A DNA stretch of 64,000 nt from an uncultured Pseudomonadota bacterium (GTDB taxonomy: Bacteria; Pseudomonadota; Alphaproteobacteria; JACZXZ01): NCBI GenBank assembly GCA_963749075.1, contig CAVVLJ010000021.1:288001-352000 (forward strand). The letters run 5' to 3'. Shown here piece by piece: positions 29,351-39,015 of this stretch. Below the pieces are notes generated by a model. It was not told where the DNA came from. It ran no database searches and saw only the letters and a program-made list of their open reading frames with translations. Every line of letters starts with the position of its first letter. Position 1 is the stretch's first letter. The translations under genes were made by a program, and so were the position numbers.

Positions 29351-31684
29351 CTAAGGCGTCTTGGGCGTGCGCAGCGGCCCGGGCGGCTCGATCGGGTCGT
29401 GCGGCAACGGCTGGGAGGCGAGGCCGCCCAGGCGCTGACGCAGCTCGTCCGTCAGCGCGCGCACGTCGCGCTGATCGTGGATGACGTGGGGCGTCAAGAG
29501 GACCAGGAGCTCGGTGCGCTGGGCGCTGACGGAGCGCGTCCCGAAGAGGCCGCCGAGCACCGGGATATCGGTGAGCCAGGGAAAGCCGGAGTTCGCGACC
29601 GACGTGTTGTCCTTGATGAGCCCGCCGAGGGCGATCGTCTCGCCGTCCTGCACGACGACGCGGGTCTTGATCTTGCGCTGCTCGATGGTGGGCGAGTCGA
29701 TGGTCGAGGTCGTGGTCGGCACCACGTCCGAGACCTCCTGCTGGATGTCGAGCGTCACCAGGTTGCCCGAATTGACCCGCGGCGCCACCTCGAGGATCAC
29801 GCCGGTCTCGCGGTAGTCGACGTTGTTCACGATGGGGGCGCCCGAGGTCGTCACCGACACCGCCGACTGGGTGACGATGGGCACCAGATCGCCCACCTGG
29901 AGGCGCGCATACTCGTTGTCGAGCACGAGGAGCTGCGGGTCCGAGATCACCTTCACCGTGGTGACGCTCTCGAGCGCGCTCAGGGCCGTCTGCACGACGG
30001 CACCGGTGATGGCGAAATTGAAGCCGGGATTGACGGGCTCAACGGGCTGGCCGGCCGTGGTGTTGATGAGCCCGACACTGCCCTTGCCCTTCGCGAAGAA
30101 CCACTGGGTGCCGTATTGCAGCGCGTCGTTGAGCGTCACCTCCGCGATGGTCGCCTCGATGAGCACCTGAAGCGGCAGGATGTCGATCTTGCGCAGCGTC
30201 GCCTCGATCATGGCATATTCGTCGTCGGTGGCGGAGATGAGGAGCGCGTTGTTGCGCTTGTCGGGGATGATGCGGATGCCGGGCGGCATCGCGGTGACCT
30301 CGCTCTCGCCCTCCGTCTCGCCGGTGCCGGAACGGCGGGCCAGCGAGCCCGTGCCGCCCAGCTGGCCGGCCTGGGCGCCACCCATGCTGCCGGTGCCGCC
30401 CGCGGGCTGCGCGCCTGCGACCGGTTGCTGCTGGCCGAGACCCTGCTGGCCCTGCGCTTGCACGCCCTGGCCCTGGGCGGGGGTCGCGATCGTCGCCGCC
30501 TGGGTGCCGGGCGAGAGCGGGTTTTGCTGCGTCTCGCCCTCGCCGCCGGTGGCACCCGCGCGGGAGGGTGCGAAGGCGCGCTGGAGGAGCGGCGCCAGGT
30601 CGCCCGCCGTGCCGTTCTGCACGTAATAGACGTGGAGCTTGCGCGCGGACGTCTCGCCGACCTTGTCGATCTCGTCGAGCAGGCGCTGGATGCGGGTGAG
30701 ATAGGCGGGCTTCCGGCTCACCACCAGCACGGCATTGATGCGCTCGATCGGCACCACGTGGACGGCACCTTCGCCGCCCGACTCGTTGTCCGCATCGATG
30801 ATGTCCTGCAGCTCGCTCGCGACCTTCTCCGGGCTGTCGGACTTCACCGGAAAGATGCCGTAGGAGCGGCCGGCCAGCGCCTCCACGTCGAAGGAGCGGA
30901 TGAGCGCCACCAGGCTCTCGCGCTCGGCCGCCGTGCCGCTGATGACGAGCGCGTTGCCCGAGGGCGCCGGGGTGAGGCGCCGCCCCTCGCCGACATAGGG
31001 CTGCAGCGCCCGCGCCACGTCCTTGGCCGCGGTATAGCGCAGCGGCACCACCTCGGTCCCCCCGACCGCGGCCGCGGCGGCGCCGGCGCCGGCCGCACCG
31101 CCCGCGCGCGCCGCCGGCAGCACGTGGTAATAGCCGCCGCTTTCCACCAGCGTAGCGCCGTTCTCGGCCAGGAGCTCCTGGAGGAGCCCAAGAAGCCGCG
31201 TGCGCGGGATTGCTTGCGAGGTCTGCAGCGTCACCGTGCCGTTGACCAGCGGATCGACCGTGTAATTGGCCTTGAGCAGATTGCCGAGGATGACGCGGAT
31301 CACCTCGCGCAGATCGGCATTCACGTAGTTGAGCGTGATGTCGGCCGGACCCGCGGGCACGGCGCTGCCGGCCGGCGGCAGCTGGACCGGCGTCGGATTG
31401 CTGCCGAAGGTGATGCGGGCGGGCGGGGCCGGCGTGGTGGGTGCTGGGGTGATGGTGCCGCTCACGCGCGGTGCGGCGGCGCCGACGGGGGCGCTGCCCC
31501 CGCTTTGCGTCACCGGCGCCGGCGCCGGTGCCGCCGCACCGGCCGGTGCCGCGGCCTTGCCGCTCTGGCTCGAGGCGTGGCCGAAGGGCGGCTTGTCGCA
31601 GGCGGCAAGCGCCAGGACGAGAGCGCCGCCCGCGAGCCACGGCGCTACGCACGGGAAGCGCCCCTTGCGGGCTTCAGGGCGCAT
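29351..31684 (-). CDS. gspD: T2SS secretin
   Basis: Lipobox LAAC, LNYVNADLREV, QVLIEATIAEV, DGETIALGGLI, IPVLGGLF. Confidence 0.95.
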   Translation of the reverse strand: MRPEARKGRFPCVAPWLAGGALVLALAACDKPPFGHASSQSGKAAAPAGAAAPAPAPVTQSGGSAPVGAAAPRVSGTITPAPTTPAPPARITFGSNPTPVQLPPAGSAVPAGPADITLNYVNADLREVIRVILGNLLKANYTVDPLVNGTVTLQTSQAIPRTRLLGLLQELLAENGATLVESGGYYHVLPAARAGGAAGAGAAAAAVGGTEVVPLRYTAAKDVARALQPYVGEGRRLTPAPSGNALVISGTAAERESLVALIRSFDVEALAGRSYGIFPVKSDSPEKVASELQDIIDADNESGGEGAVHVVPIERINAVLVVSRKPAYLTRIQRLLDEIDKVGETSARKLHVYYVQNGTAGDLAPLLQRAFAPSRAGATGGEGETQQNPLSPGTQAATIATPAQGQGVQAQGQQGLGQQQPVAGAQPAGGTGSMGGAQAGQLGGTGSLARRSGTGETEGESEVTAMPPGIRIIPDKRNNALLISATDDEYAMIEATLRKIDILPLQVLIEATIAEVTLNDALQYGTQWFFAKGKGSVGLINTTAGQPVEPVNPGFNFAITGAVVQTALSALESVTTVKVISDPQLLVLDNEYARLQVGDLVPIVTQSAVSVTTSGAPIVNNVDYRETGVILEVAPRVNSGNLVTLDIQQEVSDVVPTTTSTIDSPTIEQRKIKTRVVVQDGETIALGGLIKDNTSVANSGFPWLTDIPVLGGLFGTRSVSAQRTELLVLLTPHVIHDQRDVRALTDELRQRLGGLASQPLPHDPIEPPGPLRTPKTP

Positions 31685-32237
31685 TGGTCTTGACGCCCGG
31701 AGCGCGGCCTGGCGCCGCGACGCCGCGCAGCCCGGGCGGGCGCCGAGGCCGGCTGCCAGGCGTCCCGTCCTGGGCCAGCTCGATGGTCGCCGAGCGCACG
31801 CCCGAGCGGAAGGTCACGCGTTCCGGCGAGATGCGCTCGACCGTCCAGCCCTCGATGCTCTCGCCCTCGTGCAGCGCCTTATTGCCGCCCTTGCCGCCGT
31901 CGGCGAACAGCACCTCGCGCTGCTCGGGGCTGTAGAGGATGCCGACGAGGCGCGCCTCGAAGGGCAGGGCCTGGCCTCCCGCGGCAGGGCCTTGGCGTCC
32001 CGGCGCCGGCTGCCGGCCGGGCGTGAAGAGCGGCCGGGCGAGAACTTCGTCGAGATCGGCAGCACCAGCATCCGGCGCAGCGCTCTTCCCTGCGCCGCTC
32101 TCCGCCGGCGCGGTCCGCACGCCGCCGGCGGCACCAAGCGACGCCGAGGACGGACCCGAGGCGAGCTCCGCATAGACGACGGCCGCAAGCGCCACGGCCG
32201 CCGCCGCCATGAGCGGGAGACGGAGGTCCGTTATCAT
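31674..32237 (-). CDS. T2SS accessory protein (GspC/GspN-like)
   Basis: N-terminal TM, RPLFTPGR, LVGI...GESIEGWTVERI; lies between gspM and gspD. Confidence 0.6.
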   Translation of the reverse strand: MITDLRLPLMAAAAVALAAVVYAELASGPSSASLGAAGGVRTAPAESGAGKSAAPDAGAADLDEVLARPLFTPGRQPAPGRQGPAAGGQALPFEARLVGILYSPEQREVLFADGGKGGNKALHEGESIEGWTVERISPERVTFRSGVRSATIELAQDGTPGSRPRRPPGLRGVAAPGRAPGVKTNAP

Positions 32238-32309
32238 GCGTGTGCCGCCCAAGGGGCGCGGGCAGCGCCGCCGGCGCTCGCCGCGGGGGCCACGGCCGCT
32301 CTCTTGGCG

Positions 32310-32883
32310 CTAGGTGCCATTGGCGCGGTATCCATAGACGTCGAGGGCGATGTTGAGGACCGCGCTCTTGTCCGCCGCCTGCAGCCGTGCCGCGGGATTG
32401 CTGTGCACCTCGATGTTGTCGACGAAGAGGAACGGACGCGCCGCGCCGAGCGCGTGCAGCACGTTGGCGAGGACGTTCGAGCTCGGCCGCGACGAGGACG
32501 CGGATGCCGACGCGGCGCTGGCCGCCTTGTGCTGCCGCGGGCAGGCCCTCGGCGCTGATCAGCTCGGTGCCCGTCTCGGCGAAAAGGTCCTTCACCTTGC
32601 TCTGCAGATTGGCCGCGGCAACGGCCTCGCTGGCGCCAGGCAGCAGGAGATCGTCGGGAGCGCTCCGCGTGCGCACCTCGGAGAGCGTGGCGCGCAGCTG
32701 CGGCAGCTCGGCGACCGCGCGCCGGAGGTGCGCGAGCCGCTCGCGGAGCTGGGCGATCTCCTGCGCGCGGCTGGCATGGAGCGCCTCGAGCGGCGCCAGC
32801 ACCGCGACATAGGCGAGCGCCAGGAGAAGGCCGAGGATGCCGAGCGCGAGTAGCTTGCCGGGCCTGCCTTCCGGCAGCGTCAT
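32310..32883 (-). CDS. gspM: T2SS protein M, +1 frameshift at about 32476
   Basis: MTLPEGRPGKLLAL...; removing one base gives LDVLANVLHALGAARPFLFVDNIEV...LDVYGYR. Confidence 0.8.
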
Positions 32884-33926
32884 GACCCACCGCCCGCCGC
32901 GACCGCAGTCCGGATGGTGAAGAACTCGAGATCGTCGCCCTTCGCGCGCACCACGGGCTCGACGAAGGCGGGGTCCTTGAAGGTCTTGGTGGCGGCGAGC
33001 TTGACGATGAGGCCGGCGGAGGAGGGCGAGCGGCCGGCGATGGTCAACTGCCCGTCGCGGAGCGTGAGCACCGTGAGGTAGCTGTCGTCGGGCACGACGC
33101 GCGTCAGGGCGGCGAGGGTGGCGAGCGGACTGCCGATGCGCGCGCGCTCCGTGCCGAGAAAGTCCGCCGCCTTGGAGAGCTTCTCGAGCTCGGAACGCAT
33201 GGCGGCCGCGGCATGCACGTCGCTGTCGAGCGCTGCGATTTCGCTGCCGAGACGGCCGAGCGCCCACTGCTGCTTGACGAAGGGCGTCAGCACCGCCGCC
33301 AGCGCCAGGAGTACCGTGAGGGCGGCGAGTGCCGGCATGGCGCGCTGCGGCGCGCGGCCCTCGCGCCGCGCGCTCCCGCCGAGCGCCATGCGGTAGGGCC
33401 GCGCCAGGCCCTCGACCTCGACGGCGTCGGCCGCGAGATGGGCGGCGGCGATCGCGGCAATGTCGTCGGCGAGCGGGGCGCGCGGCACCAGCACCAGCTC
33501 GGCCTCGAGGCGTCCGAGCGCGCGGTCGACGCGGACGAGGGTGTAGTCCCATAAGACCTCGCCCTCCTCGAAGGGCGTCTCGCGGGCGATCTCGAAGGCG
33601 AGGGCCTGCGCCAGATCGGCGCGCGCCGCGAGCGGCAGCGTCACGCGCTTGGCAAGGACGCGCTCGCGCGGCAGGCCGAGCGCCAGTCCCGGCGCATTGG
33701 CTCCGAGGCCGGCAAGGCGCTGCTGGAGGGCGCGGATGCCCTGGGAATTGCGCTCGAAGCGCGCGAGCGAGTTGACGCCGCCGTTGCGCCGCAGGGAGAG
33801 CGTATAGGCGCCGGGCTCGAGGCCGACGATCGTCGCATCGGGCAACACGGCGCCGGGCCGCCGCAGCGCCTGCGGCAGCAGGCCCGCCAACTGATCGAGC
33901 CACCAGCGATAGAGCTCCCTGAACAT
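32880..33926 (-). CDS. gspL: T2SS protein L (PilN-like domain)
   Basis: WWLDQLAGL, LPLAARADLAQALAFEIARETPF, LTRVVPDDSYL. Confidence 0.85.
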   Translation of the reverse strand: MFRELYRWWLDQLAGLLPQALRRPGAVLPDATIVGLEPGAYTLSLRRNGGVNSLARFERNSQGIRALQQRLAGLGANAPGLALGLPRERVLAKRVTLPLAARADLAQALAFEIARETPFEEGEVLWDYTLVRVDRALGRLEAELVLVPRAPLADDIAAIAAAHLAADAVEVEGLARPYRMALGGSARREGRAPQRAMPALAALTVLLALAAVLTPFVKQQWALGRLGSEIAALDSDVHAAAAMRSELEKLSKAADFLGTERARIGSPLATLAALTRVVPDDSYLTVLTLRDGQLTIAGRSPSSAGLIVKLAATKTFKDPAFVEPVVRAKGDDLEFFTIRTAVAAGGGS

Positions 33927-34030
33927 CAGGCGGCGATTGTACAAGGGTCGCACCGAGAGTCACGATAGAGAAAATGGCCGATTTCGCGGCGCATGAGGCG
34001 CCGGACGGCCGAGCGCGAGGCCGCGAAGGT

Positions 34031-34780
34031 CTAAGGCGTGCGCAAGGGCAGTGCCGTGACGAGCTCGGTCCAGCGCCGCCGGTCGCCGGGGGCAAACTCC
34101 AGGCGCAGGCGGACGAGGGCCGGGAGTGCCGCGGCCAGGCGCCAGTCCGCACTCCAGCGGCCGGGCTCGTCCTCGGTTGCGGGTGCGAAGTATTGCAGCT
34201 TGAGCGCCGCGACGCCGCGCAGGATCTCGGTCTCCTGCCAGGGAGGCGGCGACGCCCCGCCCCGCGGTCGCAGGTGCGGCCGCCAGCGCAGCACGAGGCG
34301 GCCGGCGCCGGCGAGCGCCAGGCTCGCGTCGTAGAGGTCGCGTCCGGCGAGCGCCTCGGGCAGCTCGGTCACCATGGTGATGCCGTCCGCCCGGCCGTCG
34401 AGATAGAGCGGGGCGTTCTGCGCGCCGAGGCCCACGAGCGGCAGCGGGGCGCTCGCCGCGATGAGCTGGCCGAGGAGTGTGCGCACGGCGTCGAGCTCGC
34501 TCGCCGCGGCGAGGCGGCTGTCCTGCGCCTCCCAGGCGCGCGCGCCGAAGCGGACGCCGCCCACCAGCATGGCGCTCACGAGCCCCAGGACCGCGAGTGC
34601 CACGAGCACCTCGAGGAGGGTGAAGCCGGCGCCGCTAGTGTTCCGGCTCCGACGGTTCACTCTGAACCGTCGGCCCGGAACACTAGCAAAATCATAATGA
34701 TGCGTTGTGGTTCCGGCACGATGATGGGGATCCGGCGCCGGGACCACAACGCGCGGCGGCGCTTTGCGCCCGTCAATCAT
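34031..34780 (-). CDS. gspJ: T2SS minor pseudopilin J, leader extended by a palindromic insert
   Basis: GFTLLEVLVAL, LPALVRLRL; ATG overlaps the gspI stop. Confidence 0.85.
   Translation of the reverse strand: MIDGRKAPPRVVVPAPDPHHRAGTTTHHYDFASVPGRRFRVNRRSRNTSGAGFTLLEVLVALAVLGLVSAMLVGGVRFGARAWEAQDSRLAAASELDAVRTLLGQLIAASAPLPLVGLGAQNAPLYLDGRADGITMVTELPEALAGRDLYDASLALAGAGRLVLRWRPHLRPRGGASPPPWQETEILRGVAALKLQYFAPATEDEPGRWSADWRLAAALPALVRLRLEFAPGDRRRWTELVTALPLRTP
34634..34752. repeat. double-hairpin palindromic element with CTAG ends
   Basis: gctagtgttccgg..ccggaacactagc, AT-rich spacer, gcgttgtggttccggc..gccgggaccacaacgc. Confidence 0.8.
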
Positions 34781-35192
34781 TGCCGCCGCCGATGCGGCCG
34801 AGCCTGAGGGTGGCGAGCGTCACCGTGCGCGCGACGAGGCCGCGCCGCCAGCTCACCCGAGCCTCGATCGAGTAGAGTGCCGGGACCGCTGGCGTGCCGT
34901 TCCCGGCGGGGCGCCCGGCGACGGCGGGCCTGACCGTGACTTGCCAGCGGTAGCCCTCAGCCTCGCCCGAGCGCACGCCGGGGCTGAGCGGGCTCACGAC
35001 GCCGCTTTCGGCGAGGAGGTTCTGCGCCCGCCGCGCCGCACCGAGGGTGCGCTGGGCGATATCCACGTTGTCGAGCCCGCCGCTCGCGGCCTGGAAGAGG
35101 GCGGCGAGCGCCAGCGCCGCGATGGCGAGCGCCACCACCACCTCGAGAAGCGTGAAGCCGCGCTCGCCGGCCGGCTCAGCTGCGCTCGACAA
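34773..35192 (-). CDS. gspI: T2SS minor pseudopilin I
   Basis: RGFTLLEVVVALAI; position in operon. Confidence 0.85.
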   Translation of the reverse strand: MSSAAEPAGERGFTLLEVVVALAIAALALAALFQAASGGLDNVDIAQRTLGAARRAQNLLAESGVVSPLSPGVRSGEAEGYRWQVTVRPAVAGRPAGNGTPAVPALYSIEARVSWRRGLVARTVTLATLRLGRIGGGND

Positions 35193-35652
35193 TCGACACT
35201 CTCCCGCTCAGCCATTCGACGCGGACCGAGATGTGCCGGCTGCCGCCGGCCACGTCGATCCGGCCGCCGCTCGAGCTGCCGTCGGGATTGAAGCGGATGC
35301 TGCCGGTGCTGCCGGAGATCACCTCGCCGCGCGCGGTCAAGAGGCTGAGCCGCAGGACGGCGGGGAGCGGCACCACGGCGGCGCGGCCCACGCGGTAGCG
35401 ATGGGCGGCCACGTCGAGGACGAGGCCTATGGGGCGGTCCTCGGCGATCGCCTGGGCGCGCGCCAGGCGCAGCGCCGAGGCGAGCTCGCCCGCCGCCGCG
35501 CGCGCGGCCGTGCCCGGCGAGACCGGCATCAAGGCGCCGGCCGCCAGCACGGCGGCGAGCGCCAGGATCGCCAAGACGACGACAAGCTCGATGAGCGTGA
35601 AGCCGGCGGCGGCCTCCCTGCGGCAGGGCCGGAACCTAAAGTGCCAGGTCAT
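35176..35652 (-). CDS. gspH: T2SS minor pseudopilin H
   Basis: GFTLIELVVVLAI, IRFNPDGSSSGG, VEWLSGRV. Confidence 0.88.
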   Translation of the reverse strand: MTWHFRFRPCRREAAAGFTLIELVVVLAILALAAVLAAGALMPVSPGTAARAAAGELASALRLARAQAIAEDRPIGLVLDVAAHRYRVGRAAVVPLPAVLRLSLLTARGEVISGSTGSIRFNPDGSSSGGRIDVAGGSRHISVRVEWLSGRVSIVERS

Positions 35653-36868
35653 TGAGGCTCAGCATGGCGGTGACGAGCGAGGCGATGATGCCGGCGACCG
35701 CGAGCCCGGTCACGATGGTCACCGCGGGAACGATGAGGCCGGTCAGGCGCTCGAGGCCGAGGCGGACCTGCTCGTCATGGATGTCGGCTGCCCGGAGCGC
35801 CATTTCGCCGAGGCGGCCGGTCTCCTCGCCGAGGCGGAGGAGATGGATCATGCGCATGGGAAAGACGTGCGAGGCTTCGAGCGAGCGGGCGAGCCCGGCG
35901 CCCTGCTTGGCGCTCGCCTCGGCGCGGACGACGGCTGCTTGCGCCGCCCGGTTGCCCAGCACGTCGCGCGCCGCGGCCAGCGCCTGGAGGAGAGGGACGC
36001 CGTTCTCGAGAAGGGTGCCGAGCGTGCGCGTGAGATAGGCCGCGGCGCGCTGGCTCAAAAGCGTGCCTGCCACGGGGAGTGCGAGGAGCATGCGGTCGAC
36101 GGCGAGGCGCAGCTCCGGCGCCGCCAGCGCCTGGCGCGCCGCGAGCAGGGCTACGAGAAGGCCGAGCAAGAGCCAGAGCCCGTCGTCGCGCACGAAATCG
36201 CCGAATGCGATGAGCGCGCGCGTGGCGGCCGGCAGCTGAGCACCGGCCTGCGCGAAGATGGTGGTGAACTGCGGCAGCACATAGACGAGGAGGAGAAGGA
36301 TGACGGCGATGGCTGCCGTCACCAGGAGGGCGGGATAGATGAGGGCCGACTGGATGCCGGCCGCGATGCGCCGCTCGCGCTCGAGGAGGCCGGCCAGCCG
36401 CTCCAGCGTCGCGGCGAGGGCACCACCCGCCTCGCCGGCCCGCACCATGCCGCGGTAAAGCTGGCTGAAGCTCTCGCCATGGCCGGCGAGCGCTGCGGCA
36501 AGCGTCGAGCCGCCGCGCACCTTGTCGCGGATGTCGGCACAGATGCCGCGCGCGCGGGCGCCTGATGCCGTCTCGACGACGAAGCGCAGCGCATGGTCGA
36601 GGTCCTGGCCGGCGCCCAGCATGACGGCGAGCTCGCGCGTGAACTCGGCGACCTCGCCCTTGGAGAGGCCGCGGCGGGCCAGGAGCTCGCGGCCGAGGAG
36701 ATCGCCCAAGGCGCTCCGCCGGCCGGCCGGCTCGGCGCGCAGCACCACATGGCCGTCGGCTTGGAGCCGCGCCACCGCGGCGGCCCGGCTCTCCCCCTCG
36801 AGCGTGCCGCTCACCGTCTTCCCCGCCGTGTCGACCGCCGTGTAGCGAAAGCGCGGCATCGGCCTCAT
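35636..36868 (-). CDS. gspF: T2SS inner membrane protein F
   Basis: FRYTAVD, AGEAGGAL, GEETGRL. Confidence 0.92.
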   Translation of the reverse strand: MRPMPRFRYTAVDTAGKTVSGTLEGESRAAAVARLQADGHVVLRAEPAGRRSALGDLLGRELLARRGLSKGEVAEFTRELAVMLGAGQDLDHALRFVVETASGARARGICADIRDKVRGGSTLAAALAGHGESFSQLYRGMVRAGEAGGALAATLERLAGLLERERRIAAGIQSALIYPALLVTAAIAVILLLLVYVLPQFTTIFAQAGAQLPAATRALIAFGDFVRDDGLWLLLGLLVALLAARQALAAPELRLAVDRMLLALPVAGTLLSQRAAAYLTRTLGTLLENGVPLLQALAAARDVLGNRAAQAAVVRAEASAKQGAGLARSLEASHVFPMRMIHLLRLGEETGRLGEMALRAADIHDEQVRLGLERLTGLIVPAVTIVTGLAVAGIIASLVTAMLSLNDLAL

Positions 36869-38616
36869 CCGTCGTCGCGCACGCTGCGCACGACCTCCCT
36901 GAGCGTGGTGACGCCGGCGAGCGCCTCCCGCACCCCGCTCTCGAGGAGCGTGCGCATGCCGTCTGCCACCGCGGCCTCCTGCAACGCCCCCTGGTCGGCG
37001 CCCGCGAGGATGAGGCGATGGAGTGCCGCGCTCGGCGCGAGATACTCGGCGATCGCGATGCGGCCGAGATAGCCCGTGCCGTGGCACTCGGCGCAGCCCG
37101 CCGCTTCGTGGAGCAGGATCGGGCGCTCCCGCGCGAGCCGGTCGAGCTCGAAGCGGGCGATGAGCTCCGGGCTCGCTTGAAGCGGCCGCTTGCAGGCGCT
37201 GCAGAGGCGGCGCACCAGGCGCTGCGCCAGCACGCCGTTGAGCGTCGCCGTCAGGAGATAATCCTCGACCCCCATGTCGCGCAGCCGCGTCACCGTGGCG
37301 GCGGCGCTGTTGGTGTGCAGCGTCGAGAGCACGAGATGGCCGGTCAAGGCCGCCTGCACGGCGATCTCCGCGGTCTCGAGGTCGCGGATCTCGCCCACCA
37401 TGATGACGTCGGGATCCTGGCGCAGGATGGCGCGCAGCAGGCTTGCGAAGCTGAGCCCGATCTGCGGCCTGACGTGCGTCTGGTTGATGCCGTCGAGCTG
37501 GTACTCGATGGGGTCCTCGACGGTGATGATGTTGCGCTCGCTCGAGTTGAGGTGGAGGAGGGCGGTATAGAGCGTCGTGGTCTTGCCGCTGCCGGTGGGC
37601 CCGGTCACCAGCACGATGCCGTTGGGCAGGGCGAGCGTGCGGCGGAACTGGTCGGTGAGGTCGGGCGCCAGGCCGAGCTTGGCGAAATCGAGCTCGATGG
37701 CGGAGCGGTCGAGCACGCGCAAGACCACCGTCTCGCCGTGGAGCGAGGGGATGGTGGCGACGCGGAAGTCGATGGCGTGGCCGCGCACGGCGAGCTTGAT
37801 GCGGCCGTCCTGGGGCAGCCGCCGCTCGGCGATATCGAGCCGCGCCATGATCTTGATGCGCGAGATGATGGCGGCCTTAAGGCGAGCCGGCGGCGCCTCG
37901 ATCTCCTCGAGGACGCCGTCGTGGCGGTAGCGGATGCGCAGCCGGTCCTCGAACGGCTCGATGTGGATGTCCGAGGCGCGGGTCTCGACGGCGCGCGCGA
38001 TGAGGCGGTTCACCAGGCGGATGACCGGCGCCTCGCTCGCCAGGTCCTTGAGCCGCTCGGCATCCTCCGCACCCTCCTGGGCGGCGTTCTCCAGATCCTC
38101 GATCTCGGCAGTGGCGGCAGCGCTGGCCGCAGGGACCTGGTCGCCGTAGAGCCTTACTAAGGCGGCCTCGAGGTCGATGGGCACGGCGACCCAGGCCTCG
38201 ACCGCGAGGCCGGTCGCCGTCGCCACGGCGTCGCGCGTGAAGCGGTCGAGCGGATTGGCCATGGCGAGGACGACGCGGTCCGCCGCGACGGCGAGCGGCA
38301 GCGCGCGCGCCTTGCGCAAGTATGGCGCCTTGAGGCGCTCTCCCAGCACGACCGCGGCGGGATAGTCCTCGGGCAGCGCCAGGCGCAGGCCGAGCTCGCC
38401 CGCGAGCAGCTCGGCGAGCGCGCGCTCGCCGATGAGGCCGAGCTGGGTTACCGCCGCGTCGAGGGCGATGCCGTGCTCGGCCGCGACCCGCCGCGCGCGC
38501 TCGAGGCTGCGCGCGTCGATGAGGGCGCTCCGCTCGAGCGCGCGCTCGAGCAAGGGCGCGAGCTCGCCCTCGGCGGGCGGGGCGCTGCTGCTGGGGCGCT
38601 GTTGGGCGAGCGTCAT
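36865..38616 (-). CDS. gspE: T2SS ATPase E
   Basis: ASDIHIEP, GPTGSGKTTT, LRQDPDVIMVGEIRD, tetracysteine motif. Confidence 0.95.
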   Translation of the reverse strand: MTLAQQRPSSSAPPAEGELAPLLERALERSALIDARSLERARRVAAEHGIALDAAVTQLGLIGERALAELLAGELGLRLALPEDYPAAVVLGERLKAPYLRKARALPLAVAADRVVLAMANPLDRFTRDAVATATGLAVEAWVAVPIDLEAALVRLYGDQVPAASAAATAEIEDLENAAQEGAEDAERLKDLASEAPVIRLVNRLIARAVETRASDIHIEPFEDRLRIRYRHDGVLEEIEAPPARLKAAIISRIKIMARLDIAERRLPQDGRIKLAVRGHAIDFRVATIPSLHGETVVLRVLDRSAIELDFAKLGLAPDLTDQFRRTLALPNGIVLVTGPTGSGKTTTLYTALLHLNSSERNIITVEDPIEYQLDGINQTHVRPQIGLSFASLLRAILRQDPDVIMVGEIRDLETAEIAVQAALTGHLVLSTLHTNSAAATVTRLRDMGVEDYLLTATLNGVLAQRLVRRLCSACKRPLQASPELIARFELDRLARERPILLHEAAGCAECHGTGYLGRIAIAEYLAPSAALHRLILAGADQGALQEAAVADGMRTLLESGVREALAGVTTLREVVRSVRDDG

Positions 38617-38791
38617 GTCATGACCGGGCGGCGGCGCCGGTAGCACGGGCGGCGGCGGCAACCGCCTGCCTTCCGTGGCGGCTGGCCGGCATTATGCCGG
38701 CTTGCCGGCGGCGCAACAAGGCGCTGGCGCCGAGGCGTGCCAAACCGAGGCCGTCCGGCCGTCAGTCCCGCCCGTCTCGGCCGGCTTCGAC

Positions 38792-38824
38792 GTCCGTCGA
38801 GACCCGTGCATAGCGGTAGATCAT
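38792..38824 (-). pseudogene. 5' stub of a serine recombinase (resolvase) gene
   Basis: MIYRYARVSTD matches the resolvase YARVST motif, then similarity stops. Confidence 0.55.
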
Positions 38825-38977
38825 GGTGCCGGTATGCGGCGGATTGCTGCACCAAGGGGCAAGTCGACGATCCTTTGCCGCGAGGTGCGGTGCTGAAGGT
38901 GCGACGGACGCTCGGGGCGCACCGCCGGACGGCAGCCCAAGGCCCGGAGCGGACATCGCCTCTGACGACCACTCCAT

Positions 38978-39015
38978 AAGAATGGCATGCTACGGGAAGA
39001 ATGGCATGCTACGGG
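38978..39015. repeat. 19-bp perfect tandem duplication
   Basis: aagaatggcatgctacggg twice. Confidence 0.9.

Noticed and set aside
28655-31693. Very long antisense or alternate-frame ORFs (also 18176..20836, 43901..46963, 46917..49340, 56349..59291)
   Set aside because: Stop-poor shadow frames typical of high-GC coding DNA; recognisable genes occupy the same spans
31879-34152. 757-aa ORF in the T2SS cluster
   Set aside because: Only the gspM N-terminal part is real; the rest is an alternate frame of gspL and read-through after the frameshift
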